From an uncultured Verrucomicrobiae bacterium (GTDB lineage: Bacteria; Verrucomicrobiota; Verrucomicrobiia; Chthoniobacterales; Terrimicrobiaceae), in NCBI GenBank assembly GCA_963706955.1, contig CAVPOC010000005.1, positions 64,001 through 128,000 on the forward strand: a DNA stretch of 64,000 bases, in the 5' to 3' direction. Of this stretch, positions 1 through 11,187 are shown in pieces; position 1 is the stretch's first letter, and each line of letters begins with the position of its first letter. Both the position numbers and the translations under genes were made by a program. The notes under the pieces are model-generated. The model was given only the letters and a program-made list of their open reading frames with translations, was not told the DNA's origin and ran no database searches.

Positions 1-20
1 TTAAGAATACCAGGGGTTCG

Positions 21-785
21 GTGGTGATTCAGCAGGAAACCGACGAGCTCGACGTTCCGAAAAGCAAGATCGTGCGCATCATCGACAATGCAGATAGCAA
101 CGTTCTCTATACCGGAATGAATCGGAAGGGTCAGCTGCCCTCCTGGCGTGTTATTGCCAACGATCTTCGCACACATGACGCCATCAAGTCGCTCGTGGAA
201 ATCCCGGCGACGGTGATCGACGTGGCCGACTTCAAAAACGTCCCCTACAAATCCTTTCGCGTTAATGAAGACGTCGAGCTAAACATCTATGGCGACCCCG
301 AGAATCCGGCCGGTGTGGAGCTTGGCATCTACGGTCCCCGCTCGATCGATCGGAAGCTGCGTAAGCTCTTGCGCGCCTACCTGGCGGGGTTTCTGACCAC
401 GCGGGAAGAGATTGCCGCCCTCTATGCGCTCGGTCTCAGCAAGGGTAAAACTCAAGTCGGCAACATCGTCCTCGAAATCACGCCGGCCAACGCGTTCGAT
501 GCCTATGGTGCTTGGTGGGTTTCTCTCTACAATCCCAGGGAACTCAATAAGGTGCGCCTCAGCGATGCCGAATACCAAAGGCTCGTCAGACCTGTCAGCG
601 AAGTCATCGATAGGAAGGGACGTGTTATCTCAGGAGGGTGGAGCCGCAAGGATGCTGAACGTTCCAGAAAAATCCGAGCCGAAGGAAGTTCCGCGCGAGT
701 CATTCTGAAGGGTTTTTATCGCGACGACGACGGTGTTTTCCGCTTGATCACCGAACCGCATCGCCAGGCCGCGGTGGCGCGTTGA
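21..785 (+). CDS. Hypothetical protein, probably 5'-truncated by the window edge
   Basis: 254-aa ORF with protein-like composition; the frame is also open from position 3 to 20. No recognisable motif. Confidence 0.55.
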   Translation: MVIQQETDELDVPKSKIVRIIDNADSNVLYTGMNRKGQLPSWRVIANDLRTHDAIKSLVEIPATVIDVADFKNVPYKSFRVNEDVELNIYGDPENPAGVELGIYGPRSIDRKLRKLLRAYLAGFLTTREEIAALYALGLSKGKTQVGNIVLEITPANAFDAYGAWWVSLYNPRELNKVRLSDAEYQRLVRPVSEVIDRKGRVISGGWSRKDAERSRKIRAEGSSARVILKGFYRDDDGVFRLITEPHRQAAVAR

Positions 786-902
786 ACTGCGTTGGTCGCC
801 GTCTTAACCAGGCCACAGGAATAGGATACCGAGCTCGGAGTCGAGCGCTCCGGTCGTTGCCAGAAGATCCACGATGCGGGATGGCAGACCTCCGGCAGCG
901 GA

Positions 903-2513
903 TCAACGAGACAAGCTTCTCTCTCGCTTCGAGCGGTCTGCATGGCGGGGCTCTTCCCGGACTACCTGTGTGGAATTCTTATCCTCGCGTAATCCGAGAA
1001 ACACTGGCTGACGAAGCCGATTGTCGCGGGTCCATTCCGAAAACTTCACCTGGCAAACAATGTTCGGCTCGACCCAGCGGCAGCGTCTCATCTCCGCAGC
1101 CGTGATCGTCTGGCTGTATCCTGCACCACGTTTTTCCGGTAGATTCGAAAACGGGCACGTGTCGCGGAGAATCTTCTGAAATCTCGCATGCAAGCTGTGC
1201 AGCAAGGCGCTATCAAAGCCCGTCCCAACCTTTCCGACGAAGATAAGCTTTCCGTGTTCATACACGCCCACGAGCAGCGCGCCGAAGTACTTTCTTGTTC
1301 CGCCGGGAGGTGTGAATCCGCCGATGACGAACTCCTGCTCGCACTGGAGTTTGAGCTTGATCCAGGCGCCGCTCCGGCGGCCGGATTCGTAAGGGGATTC
1401 TTTGCGCTTACCGATGAGGCCTTCCAGTCCGAGCTTGCGGACTTGTTCCAGCAGCTGCGTAGCGCTCCCTTCCAAGGAAGAGGATAGCCGGATGACCCCT
1501 GGTGGATTTTTCAAGAGGCGGCCTAGCCTTTCCTGGCGCTCATTCAGCGGCGTCTCACGGAGATCCTTTCCGTTCAGACGAAGCAGGTCGAAGGCATAAT
1601 AAAATATCGGAGGTCTCTCTTGGCCAAGCTCGAATGCCTGGAGGAGCTGGAAGGAGGAAATGCCCTGCTGGTCGAGCGCCACAATCTCTCCATCAATCAC
1701 CGCGTCTTTAGCGTTCAATTCGGAGATTGATTCGAGCACTTCCGGGAACTTTGCCCCGAAATCTTTTTCGTTTCGGGAAAGCAGGCGGGCTTCCGAGCCG
1801 CCTTTGAGAGCAATAGCACGGAAACCATCAAACTTGATTTCGTAGAGCCAATCTCCTCGCGGCGGCGATTCGACCAGCAGCGCTTTCATCGGCTCGACAA
1901 ACTCGGGTAGCGGTGCAGGCGGCGCCTGTTTTCGGCCCGCTCGATTCACGGGAGAGCCTGATCTCCAAATTCGGTCCCCCTTGGCGAGCTCTTTCATGCT
2001 CTTGCCGGAGAGTGCCGAAGTATCGTCAAGTTTCTTGGAAATCGGCGCCATGTCCTCCCCTCCACGGATGAGTAACCATTGCTTTTCGTCGCGTAAGCGC
2101 ACGAGATACCATTCGCCACGCAGTTTTTTGCCACTCAGGATCACATGCAGCTTTCCACCCGAGAGTTGTTTGAGCGGAGCGGCGCCGAGTGGCTCGAATG
2201 TGCCCAGGTCCCACACGAGCACAGTGCCGCCACCGTATTCACCTTTTGGAATTGAGCCTTCGAAATTGATGTACGATACGGGATGGTCTTCAACTTGCAC
2301 CGCGAGGCGCTTCTCTCCCTTCTTCAAGGGAATACCCTTTGGAACGGCCCAAGATTTTAGGGTGCCCTCGAATTCCAGGCGAAAGTCGTAATGCAATCGT
2401 GTCGCGTCGTGCTTCTGAACCACAAAGCGGCGCCTCGCGGCGGTGGAAAGTTCGCCCTCGGGCTCAGAAGTCTTGGAGAAGTCACGCTTTCTTTGGTAAT
2501 CCTTAAGGGACAT
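903..2513 (-). CDS. ligD: NHEJ DNA ligase D (3'-phosphoesterase + ATP-dependent ligase domains; no polymerase domain)
   Basis: N-term MSLKDYQRKRDFSKTSEP, FVVQKHDATRLHYDFRLE, SWAVPKG (PE domain); YEIKFDGFR, EGLIGK, WIKLK, LRQPVFLGLREDK (ligase/OB). Start taken at ATG 2513. Confidence 0.93.
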   Translation of the reverse strand: MSLKDYQRKRDFSKTSEPEGELSTAARRRFVVQKHDATRLHYDFRLEFEGTLKSWAVPKGIPLKKGEKRLAVQVEDHPVSYINFEGSIPKGEYGGGTVLVWDLGTFEPLGAAPLKQLSGGKLHVILSGKKLRGEWYLVRLRDEKQWLLIRGGEDMAPISKKLDDTSALSGKSMKELAKGDRIWRSGSPVNRAGRKQAPPAPLPEFVEPMKALLVESPPRGDWLYEIKFDGFRAIALKGGSEARLLSRNEKDFGAKFPEVLESISELNAKDAVIDGEIVALDQQGISSFQLLQAFELGQERPPIFYYAFDLLRLNGKDLRETPLNERQERLGRLLKNPPGVIRLSSSLEGSATQLLEQVRKLGLEGLIGKRKESPYESGRRSGAWIKLKLQCEQEFVIGGFTPPGGTRKYFGALLVGVYEHGKLIFVGKVGTGFDSALLHSLHARFQKILRDTCPFSNLPEKRGAGYSQTITAAEMRRCRWVEPNIVCQVKFSEWTRDNRLRQPVFLGLREDKNSTQVVREEPRHADRSKRERSLSR

Positions 2514-2684
2514 CAGCACATGATGCAATCGGTCTGGGCAGTTGGCCAGTCCCTATGATTACTCTGCCGAGATCTAATCTCTTTTCCGCAACGTCTCCCT
2601 CATGATTCGCCCTAGCCTGAACTCAGGGAGAGCATTCGAGGAGGATGACGGGCCGAGGTCCCCGCGAGCGGCGAAGCCATTGGT

Positions 2685-3185
2685 ATGAAAATAAACACAC
2701 TCCAAGATGCGCTTATTCATGAGATGCGGGATCTCTATAGCGCCGAAGTCCAACTCACCGAAGCGCTGCCGAGGATGGCCAAAGCGGCCTCTCACGAGCA
2801 GCTGGCGGAGGCGTTTGAGGAGCACCTCGCGCAAACTAAGGGACACGTTCAACGCTTGGAAGAAGCTTTCAAACGACTCGACGCCTCGCCGCGCGGGGAA
2901 AAGTGTAAGGCAATGGAAGGCCTCATCGAGGGAAGTAAGAGCACGCTCGAACTCGATGCCGACGATATGGTCCGCGATGCACTCCTCATAGGTATCGCCC
3001 AAAAGGTGGAGCATTATGAAATTGCAGCCTACGGAATGGCGCGCACGTTCGCCCAGCGCCTCGGAGAGGACAACATCGCTTCCCTCCTCGAACAAACGCT
3101 GAAGGAGGAATCGGAAACCGATCGCAAGCTTACGAAAATTGCCGAAAGCGCGGTGAATCCCGACGCCGAAGCGCCAGACGACTAA
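2685..3185 (+). CDS. Ferritin-like DUF892 (YciE/YciF) stress protein
   Basis: RDLYSAEVQL, HLAQTKGHVQRLE, CKAMEGLIEG, AQKVEHYEIAAYG, EESETDRKL. Confidence 0.9.
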   Translation: MKINTLQDALIHEMRDLYSAEVQLTEALPRMAKAASHEQLAEAFEEHLAQTKGHVQRLEEAFKRLDASPRGEKCKAMEGLIEGSKSTLELDADDMVRDALLIGIAQKVEHYEIAAYGMARTFAQRLGEDNIASLLEQTLKEESETDRKLTKIAESAVNPDAEAPDD

Positions 3186-3224
3186 GGCAACTTGGGATCG
3201 CTCTTCGTGGCCGGCGGGTGACGC

Positions 3225-5036
3225 TCATCCGCCGGCCGCAATTTTGTCGGGCTCCAACGTTGAGGGAGGTGACCCGGAAATCCGCTCTTGGCTAGGAAAA
3301 ACGAGATTTTGCCTTATTTCGGCGAGCGCGCTTTGCACGCTTGAGACGACGACGCTGGATGTGACCGCGCGGAGGCGTTCGACACGGTCCTGCGATGCCC
3401 CCCAGAGCGCCGTGACGATTGGCACGTTCGGCATGGCGCCCGTCAATCGCTTGAGTAAGTAACGCGCCTTTCGCTGGGCTAGCGGGGGCGAAGCTGAAAT
3501 GCAGATCTGTGCGCACGCACGATCGGACATGTCGGTGACTATTTCCCCAGCCAGGCTCTGTGAGGACAATATTTCGCAGCGAAAGCCTTCGGCCTCCAGC
3601 ATTCCAGACATCATCCGGACAATGGTTTCGTCGGTGGTTCCGCTTGCAGGCACAAAGACAACCGGCCCCGTGTCGGTTTTTATTCCTCCCGATGGCTGAA
3701 TCTCGCCGATTTGCTCAGCCATGAATTCGTCGATGGTGTCGCAGGCGAATTCGAGATGTCGCTCGTCCAAAACGCCTTCATTCAAACCTGCCTTGATTTG
3801 AATGAGCGCCGGGACGAGCAGCAAATCACAAAGTTCAACAAGCGAGTGTTCTTTGAGAAATTCGCGTGCGACTGTGGCGGCTTCGTCCTCACGGAACGAA
3901 AGTAGTCGTTGATAGAACTGGTCTGAAGGTGCCATCGCGGATCGGGTCCCAAGAAGAACATCGAGAAATCCCAGTTGCGGGATGTACTTTCCCATCACCG
4001 CAAGGCACACAGTGAGTGGCGTGGCGAGGAGCAAGCCAACGCCGCCCCACAACCATGCCCAGAAAATTGCCGCAAGGACAATTGCTGTTTTCGACAACCC
4101 GGTGCTGGAGGCATACAGCCATGGTTCAATAAGATTATTGCTGATAATCTCCATCACTAGAAAAAGTGCCAGCGTGAGGAGCGGCTGCGCCCACCCTTCA
4201 AATACGGCGAAGGAAAGGACTATCGGAAGGGCGGCACCGAGAATCGGACCCAGGTAGGGCACGAAGCGCAGGATAGCGCAAAGCAGACCCCATAGGCCCG
4301 CATTGGGGACGCCAATTAGAAACAGTCCCAAGGCAATGGGAATGCCGTAAGTCACATTGACTATCAGCTGCATCAGTAGGTACCTGCTCACGCGCTTCGC
4401 AGCGTCATTGAGTGCTCGCGTGGTCGTGTGAAAGCGCTGCCTGCCGGTGAGGGAAATAAGCCGATCCCGAATATCGTTGCGATCGATCAGGAAAAAGAGA
4501 ACGCAAACAAAAACGACCGCACCGGTTCCCAACATCGAGATGGCTTGCCCGAGCAGAGTTCGGACGAACTCAAAGGTAGTGGCAGGTTGGGTGGGCGGGG
4601 CAGGCTTGGGAGTTTCGGGCAATGGAGCTCTCGCGGCTGTCTTGCCTTCCATCTCGTCGAGCAAACCAGAGATGGTCGCCGTTGCGCGTGAAAACGGACC
4701 CATTTCAGGGTGCCTGATCGTCTCAAGCTTTTTGGAAATGGTCGCCCGATACTGCGGGAGCTTGTTGGCTAAATCCGCCAATTGGCCGGTGAAGGTGTAG
4801 GCGACTCCCCCCACTACGAGAACTGCGAGCGTAACCGCACAGACTGCAGCTACCACGGACCCCACACCTAACCGTTCGAGTCGGGTAGCTACAGGCGCCA
4901 ACAGGAACGTTAGCAGCACTGCCAGCGCCAATGGGATGAAGAGCTCTCGGAACCAGTAAAGTATTCCAACGATCACCACGAACGACACCAGCGCGCAGGT
5001 CCTCGAAACGACCGGCGGGAGCGAGGATTCCTGCAT
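3225..5036 (-). CDS. AI-2E family transporter with cytoplasmic C-terminal extension
   Basis: Multiple TM segments, RFVPYLGP, NNLIEPWLY, FWAWLWGGVGLLLATPLTVCL. Confidence 0.88.
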   Translation of the reverse strand: MQESSLPPVVSRTCALVSFVVIVGILYWFRELFIPLALAVLLTFLLAPVATRLERLGVGSVVAAVCAVTLAVLVVGGVAYTFTGQLADLANKLPQYRATISKKLETIRHPEMGPFSRATATISGLLDEMEGKTAARAPLPETPKPAPPTQPATTFEFVRTLLGQAISMLGTGAVVFVCVLFFLIDRNDIRDRLISLTGRQRFHTTTRALNDAAKRVSRYLLMQLIVNVTYGIPIALGLFLIGVPNAGLWGLLCAILRFVPYLGPILGAALPIVLSFAVFEGWAQPLLTLALFLVMEIISNNLIEPWLYASSTGLSKTAIVLAAIFWAWLWGGVGLLLATPLTVCLAVMGKYIPQLGFLDVLLGTRSAMAPSDQFYQRLLSFREDEAATVAREFLKEHSLVELCDLLLVPALIQIKAGLNEGVLDERHLEFACDTIDEFMAEQIGEIQPSGGIKTDTGPVVFVPASGTTDETIVRMMSGMLEAEGFRCEILSSQSLAGEIVTDMSDRACAQICISASPPLAQRKARYLLKRLTGAMPNVPIVTALWGASQDRVERLRAVTSSVVVSSVQSALAEIRQNLVFPSQERISGSPPSTLEPDKIAAGG

Positions 5037-5157
5037 GAGATCACTCTATTATCGCGCAATCGAGTCCCCTGCGCGCACTTTTTACAGGTTCTCCTTCACC
5101 CATGGGTCGCGTCCTTGATCGCCTGCGGAGTCTTCTTTAGATTTTCACCGTCATCTC

Positions 5158-6207
5158 TTGCCCTTGCGAAAAATCATTCACCTGGATATGGACTGCTTTT
5201 ATGCGGCCATCGAGCTTCGAGAAAGGCCCGAGCTCGTCGGCCACCCGGTTGCGGTCGGCGGCGGCAGCCCGCGTGGAGTAATTACGACATGCAATTACGA
5301 GGCTCGAGCGTTTGGCGTTCGTTCTGCGATGCCAGGATTCAAGGCGCGTGAACTATGTCCCGATTTGATTTTCCTTCCCGTTCGCTTCGATCTTTATCGA
5401 GCGAGCTCTGCGGCGATTCGTAAGATACTTCTGAGCTACACGCCACTGGTCGAGCCGCTTTCTCTCGATGAGGCTTTCCTCGACGTGAGCGCCTTGGGCC
5501 GCTACGCATGGGATATCGCGAAGGAGCTGCGCGGACGCATCTTTGATGAGACTGCCCTCACGTCATCCGCTGGCATCGCACCAAACAAGATGCTGGCCAA
5601 AATCGCCAGCGATTGGCGAAAGCCAAACGGTCAATTCGCCATTCCCCCGAGCAAGGTTGAAGACTTTATGAGGACATTGCCGGTGAAGAAGTTGTGGGGC
5701 ATCGGTCCGAAAGGGGCCGAGCGCTTCGCCAGCCTTGGCATCGAGACGTGCGGAGATCTTCAGAAATACTCGCTCACCGAAATGGTCCAGGCCTTTGGTC
5801 GATGGGGACGCGAGCTTTACGCGCTTTGCCGGGGCGAGGACGATCGTCCCGTGGAGCCTAATCGCATTCGCAAGTCTCTTAGTAATGAATGCACTTACTC
5901 TCAGAATCTTAGATCCCTCGGTGCGTGTGAGAACGCGATCGACGAACTAATTGCCGATCTGCAGGCCGAGCTCGGGCAAAAAGCATCGCTGCGCCAGATC
6001 CGAAAGGCTTTCGTAAAAGTTAAGTTTGCTGATTTTTCGCGCACGACCAAGGAGTGTCTCAGCCATGAAGCGACGCGGGAGGTTTTCCATGCTCTGCTCA
6101 AAGTGGCATACTCGCGGAAGGAGAAACATGTGCGTCTTCTCGGCGTCGGCGTGCGTTTTGAAGAGGAGCACGATGAAGAATCCAACCAGATTCTCATGCC
6201 GTTCTAG
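5158..6207 (+). CDS. dinB: DNA polymerase IV (Y-family)
   Basis: RKIIHLDMDCFYAAIE, CNYEARAFGVRSAMP, SLDEAFLD, AKIASDWRKPNG, VRLLGV. Confidence 0.95.
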   Translation: MPLRKIIHLDMDCFYAAIELRERPELVGHPVAVGGGSPRGVITTCNYEARAFGVRSAMPGFKARELCPDLIFLPVRFDLYRASSAAIRKILLSYTPLVEPLSLDEAFLDVSALGRYAWDIAKELRGRIFDETALTSSAGIAPNKMLAKIASDWRKPNGQFAIPPSKVEDFMRTLPVKKLWGIGPKGAERFASLGIETCGDLQKYSLTEMVQAFGRWGRELYALCRGEDDRPVEPNRIRKSLSNECTYSQNLRSLGACENAIDELIADLQAELGQKASLRQIRKAFVKVKFADFSRTTKECLSHEATREVFHALLKVAYSRKEKHVRLLGVGVRFEEEHDEESNQILMPF

Positions 6208-6318
6208 TAGTTGGCTTCAACGCTAGTCCACTTGGGTCAGGGTTCGGGAGAGGTGGCTGTGCCAAACTTACCCAGCCTTCACGTCAGTCTGCGCCGGAAC
6301 TGCGTGCGCGAATGCCAA

Positions 6319-6777
6319 TCACGCATGCGGAAAGATCTCAAGAATGGTTCTTTGGCGAAACTGAAAAATGGAATGAAGTTGGGCGCGCACGAGCGGCAGG
6401 GCCAGTTCGCCGAGGGGGGGAAAAGGCAGCGCGTACTTGACGCGGTCGCGGATGCGCGTCGTGCCCGCGTCCACCTCGTCAAAGATGTGATGGTGCACCC
6501 ATTTTCGGTAAGGGCCTTTCAATTGCTCATCAATAAACTCAAGCGGTGGGTTCCAGCGGCAGATTCGCGTCCGCCACCGCAAGGGCAGACGGTGAAGAAG
6601 GATCGTGTAGTCGATCAGTGTTCCTTCATCCATGCGAATCGGCATGGGGGTGAGGATCTTGAAGCCAAGGGACGGAGGAGTGATTCGCATCAAATTGGAG
6701 GCATCAGAAAAGAATGCAAAAATTTCCCGACGCGCGATGGGAACGACCACCTCAGTCTCGAGCAGATGTTCCAGCAC
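6319..6777 (-). CDS. SRPBCC (START/Bet v1-like) family protein
   Basis: FFSDASNLMRITPP, FIDEQLKGPYRKWVHHHIF, IFQFR. Confidence 0.85.
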   Translation of the reverse strand: MLEHLLETEVVVPIARREIFAFFSDASNLMRITPPSLGFKILTPMPIRMDEGTLIDYTILLHRLPLRWRTRICRWNPPLEFIDEQLKGPYRKWVHHHIFDEVDAGTTRIRDRVKYALPFPPLGELALPLVRAQLHSIFQFRQRTILEIFPHA

Positions 6778-6788
6778 TGCTCAGGAAA

Positions 6789-7766
6789 TTACGTGTGGGA
6801 TGATTTTCTCTTCGTCCCCGAGCTCCCATTGAGCGGCTTGAGCCTTGCCTCGATCTCGCGTCGGCGATGCTCAAGAAAGGGGGGCAGTGAGAGACTTTCC
6901 CCAAGCGTCTCGAGTGGTTCGTCGGCCGTGAAGCCCGGCTCGTCGGTGGCGATCTCGAAGAGGATGCCATTCGGATCACGGAAATAAAGGCTCCGAAAAT
7001 AGAAGCGATCTATCGGACCGCTCGAGGCAATTCGTGCTTCCGCGAGGCGCTCTACCCACCCATCGTGTTCTTTGTCAGTCGTGCGCAAGGCGAGATGATG
7101 GACGCTCCCAGCGCCCTGCCTCGCAAATGGCAGTTCCGGTTCAACGGCGACATGCAACTCCGCGGCGGGGCCGCCGGAACCCATTTCATAGACGTGGATC
7201 GTCGAGCTCTCACCTAACCTATATTGGCGGACTGCATGCATGCCCAGAACATCTTCGAGGATGCGCGCGGTGCGATCGAGCCTCGGAACACTGATCGTGA
7301 TCGGGCCCAACCCGCGAATCTGATGTTCGGGCGGGACGGGACTTTCTTCCCATGGGTAGACGCTGCCGGCCCGACCATCCTCAACGAGATTAAAACGTTG
7401 CCCCTCGGGATCTTCAAAGTCGAGGGTCAGTCGCCCGTCACGTGTAGTAACAACGCCATGCTTCACACTGTGACTTCGAAAGCGGCTCTGCCACCATTCG
7501 AAGGCGCTTTCTCCCGCTATTCGCAGCCCCGTCCGGACGATGCTGTGGGTGCCTCTTTCCTCAGGCGTGGCTGGCCAAACGAAGAAGGTTAAATCAGTGC
7601 CTGGACTCCCCTTCCCATCCGCGTAAAAAAGATGGTAGGCAGAGACATCGTCCTGATTGACAGTTTTCTTTACCAGACGCATCCCAAGCACGTCCGTGTA
7701 GAAATCATAGTTACCGCGCGCGTTCGCCGTGATTGCTGTGAGATGGTGGATACCGTGAAGCTGCAT
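6789..7766 (-). CDS. Ring-cleaving dioxygenase (VOC/glyoxalase, MhqO-like)
   Basis: [59 protein letters not shown]. Start reassigned to ATG 7766. Confidence 0.92.
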   Translation of the reverse strand: MQLHGIHHLTAITANARGNYDFYTDVLGMRLVKKTVNQDDVSAYHLFYADGKGSPGTDLTFFVWPATPEERGTHSIVRTGLRIAGESAFEWWQSRFRSHSVKHGVVTTRDGRLTLDFEDPEGQRFNLVEDGRAGSVYPWEESPVPPEHQIRGLGPITISVPRLDRTARILEDVLGMHAVRQYRLGESSTIHVYEMGSGGPAAELHVAVEPELPFARQGAGSVHHLALRTTDKEHDGWVERLAEARIASSGPIDRFYFRSLYFRDPNGILFEIATDEPGFTADEPLETLGESLSLPPFLEHRRREIEARLKPLNGSSGTKRKSSHT

Positions 7767-7872
7767 GAGACACCTTACACCATCCGAACCAGCTTGCCGA
7801 CGCCCGCGATCGAGGAAAATATCGCACCCAATTCCCGCGGCGGACCAGGAAAATTGTCCAGCGAGGCGGCGG

Positions 7873-8874
7873 CTAGGTTTCGTCAAAGGCTTCCATGACG
7901 ATCTCATAGCTGCGGCGTCGCGCCTGATGATCGAAGATCATGGAGTGGATCATCAGCTCGTCTGCACGCGTGAGCTGGCGCAGTGACTGCAATCCTTCTC
8001 GCACGGTCGCGAGACTTCCGATAATTGAACCGCGCACGAACGATGAATTTTCAATTCTTCCCGGGAACACTTCCTCGAAGCTGCCAACCGGAGGCGGCAA
8101 TTCAATTGGAACGCCTCGTGCCAGACTCACGTGCGCCTGCAGGTGCGAGGTCGCCAGGCAAATTGCCTCCTCGTCGGTCTCAGCAGCAAAAACATTGATT
8201 CCGACCATTGCGTAGGGCTCGGACAGCGCTCCCGAGGGCCGAAATCCGCGTCGATAAAGCTCGAGTCCCCCAAGTATGTTGTCCGGTGAGAAATGGCCCG
8301 CAGAGGCGAACGGCAGCCCAAGCTGACCTGCCAGTTGCGCGCTAAACCCGCCAGAGCCCAATAGCCAGATAGGAATGTCCAGCCCGGCGCCCGGGACGGC
8401 TCGGATCCGCTGCCCGGGCAAGGGAGGATTTAGAAGCGTTCGCAATTCCGCGAGCCTCTCTGGAAAGTCCTCTCCAGTAAGATCGGGGTTCTGGCGCAGC
8501 AGTCGGACGGTCGTCTGATCAGTTCCAGGTGCCCGGCCTAGACCCAGATCAATTCGCCCCGGAAACAAGGACTCTAGGGTGCCAAATTGCTCAGCAATCA
8601 GGAGCGGAGCATGGTTTAGCAGCATAATACCTCCCGAGCCGACTCTGATCTTCTCCGTGCCTTGCGCCAGATGGCCGATTACCACCGAGGTAGCAGCGCT
8701 GGAGATGCCAGGCATGTTGTGGTGCTCGGCTACCCAGAAACGTCGATAACCGAGCCGCTCCGTATGGCGAGCCAAGTCCAGCGATCGGGCGAATGCATCC
8801 GCGGCTGATCCCCCCGAGACGATCGGACAGAGGTCCAGAACAGAAAGCGGGATCCTGGTCAGTTCCTCGCTCAT
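7873..8874 (-). CDS. LLM-class flavin-dependent oxidoreductase (luciferase-like)
   Basis: [51 protein letters not shown]. Confidence 0.92.
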   Translation of the reverse strand: MSEELTRIPLSVLDLCPIVSGGSAADAFARSLDLARHTERLGYRRFWVAEHHNMPGISSAATSVVIGHLAQGTEKIRVGSGGIMLLNHAPLLIAEQFGTLESLFPGRIDLGLGRAPGTDQTTVRLLRQNPDLTGEDFPERLAELRTLLNPPLPGQRIRAVPGAGLDIPIWLLGSGGFSAQLAGQLGLPFASAGHFSPDNILGGLELYRRGFRPSGALSEPYAMVGINVFAAETDEEAICLATSHLQAHVSLARGVPIELPPPVGSFEEVFPGRIENSSFVRGSIIGSLATVREGLQSLRQLTRADELMIHSMIFDHQARRRSYEIVMEAFDET

Positions 8875-9088
8875 CGGAGAAGTTCGCGCGTCGATAGCGC
8901 GTTGGACTTCCGTGAATGCGGACAGATTCCTATGTACATATTTACAGTAAATAACAACTGGAATATGCTAATAATCAGATATCGCAAGCTGCATGCGCGA
9001 ATCAAGTGGTCGTTGGTGCCCGAGAGTGGATCTACCCACACGGGGCATGGGGACCACCGCTGCTCCGACCATTGGGACGCGCTAGTCA

Positions 9089-11187
9089 CTAAAAGGCTAC
9101 TCCGATGGCGAAATGGAAGGCACCCTGCGCCTCCCCTTGCTTTGGAGAGGGGTTCAGACCGTAGTCGAAGCGAACTGCGCCGATGGGCAGGTTATAACGA
9201 AGTCCTCCACCAACGGCGTAGCGCATGTCTTCGACTCCGAAGTGGGAAGCTTCTCGCACAACGTTACCCGCGTCTGCAAAAAGCGCTCCATAGAAATCAC
9301 CCCAAATGGGAAATGTATATTCGATATTAAACACGGTGAAACTCTCCCCCCAATCGGATAGCCGACCCTATCTTTCGGACCCAGAGTCAGTTCCGAAAAG
9401 CTGCGCACCGTGGTGGCGCCCCCATTGAAGAAGAGCTCGTCAATGGGCAGCTGATCATTGCTTAGGGATGAGATGATTCCTGCCCGGGCACCGAGGGCGA
9501 GCGAAGATTTTGACGTCACCTGAACGTAGTAGGAGAAACGAGCGTTGCCGCGAATGAAGGGAATTGCTCCCAGCCCCTCGGGTGCAAAATCCAGCGAGCT
9601 CGCAAAGATGAAGCCTTTGGTGGGCAGAACCTTGTTATTGCGGTAATCAAGCGTTTGAGAGATTCCCAGCCCCACTACCGAATAATCCTCCGGTCCAACG
9701 AACGTTTCGGGCGTTATCAGGATGTCGGTTAGGACGACATACTTTGCCTGCATGAACGCTGACACTTCCCAATGGGAAGTTACCTTTCGGGAGAAGGTCG
9801 GTTGCACCCCGAACTCACGTTTCGAATAACCTTTAAGCTCAGAGGTCAAAGCGTAGAGGCGTAATTCGAATCGGTAGTCGGTATCAAAGAGCCAGGGATT
9901 CGTGTATCTGAATTCTCCACTCAAGCCACGTTGGTTCCATTCCGCGCTAAAACTTATCGGCCGGCCGGAAGCCAGGAAATTTCGATCGGCGTAGCTAAGA
10001 TTAACAATCAGGCCGTAGAAGCTGGCATAGCCGATACCGAGACCGAGTTCCTTCGCGCGGGCCTCCTCCACAGTCACGTCCAATCGCACTTGGTCCCCCG
10101 CGATCGCTTCAGGGGTGATTCGCAAGTTCCGAAATAGACCGGTCTCGATCAGCTCACGAAAGCGACTATCGATCAACGCAGGATCATAGACCTTCCCCTG
10201 TAAGCGCTGGAGCCGTTTTTGAATGAACGAGGGTCTGACGCCTTCCGTGCCACTGACAGTGATCCCGTCGAATCGATATAAGGGACCCGGCGCAATCTTG
10301 AACGTCGCGGGCACATTGCCGCCTCGCGCAGCCTCAACATTGCCAGTGGCTTCAACGCTCGCCATGAAGTAGCCGCGTTTCTTGTAGAAGTCCTCAAGCT
10401 TGCGCTGCGCTGCGGCGAGCCTCCCCTCGGTATAAATGTTCTTAGTTTCCTCAAGGATCTCTGCCAGGAGGGTTTCACGAGGGAAGATGATCGGCCCTTT
10501 CAGCTCGATATCGCCGAAGTGGTATTGGATACCTTCCTTCAGTCTGAGGGTGATGGTCGCGGATGTTTTATCAGCATTCAGAGTGAACTCCGGGGGATCA
10601 ACCTGCGCGTCGAGGAAGCCTTCGGCTGCATAGAGGCGACGGATCAAGTCCACTCCGCTGTAAATATCCGTCTCAATGAAGGGAAGGCCGGTATCTTGAC
10701 GGATGCGCGGGTAGCGTTCGCGCGTCGGTCCGAGCAGATAGTTGGTCAATGCGGCCGTGTCATAAGCCTCATTGCCGATGATTGTAATCGTGCCAACTCG
10801 CGTAAGTGGACCTTCCACCACAGTCAACCGCAGCCGCCACGGGCCCAGGATCTGTGAGCTTACTTCGACCTGAGAATACCCATGTTTTCGATAGAACGAC
10901 TCCAGGAAAAAAACCGCATCATAGGCATTGGCATCATCGAGGCCATATTCTTCGATCGCTTGAATTTGGCGGGCGATGCCTTCCCGCAGCTGGGCTTCTC
11001 TGAAGGCCGATGTGCCTTGAAATTCGACCTGAAGCTTGCCTTGCTTCTTCGGCGCAGGCGTCACCGAGGGTTGCAAGCCCTGAGGCGGCGGCGGCATTTC
11101 GTGCACCGACTCCGCCTCAGGTTGAGAATGCATCCCGCTCGTCGAGATCAGCGCGAGCGCAAAGACAAGCAGCCAGAAGCGTCTCAT
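9089..11187 (-). pseudogene. Omp85 TamA/BamA-family outer membrane protein, frameshifted as assembled near 9346-9351
   Basis: POTRA-like repeats, FFNGGATTVRSF. The C-terminus (FNIEYTFPI...DAGNV...GGGLRYNLPIGAVRFDYG...HFAIGVAF) is in another frame; adding one G to a G6 run restores IGGESFTVFNIE. Confidence 0.85.
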
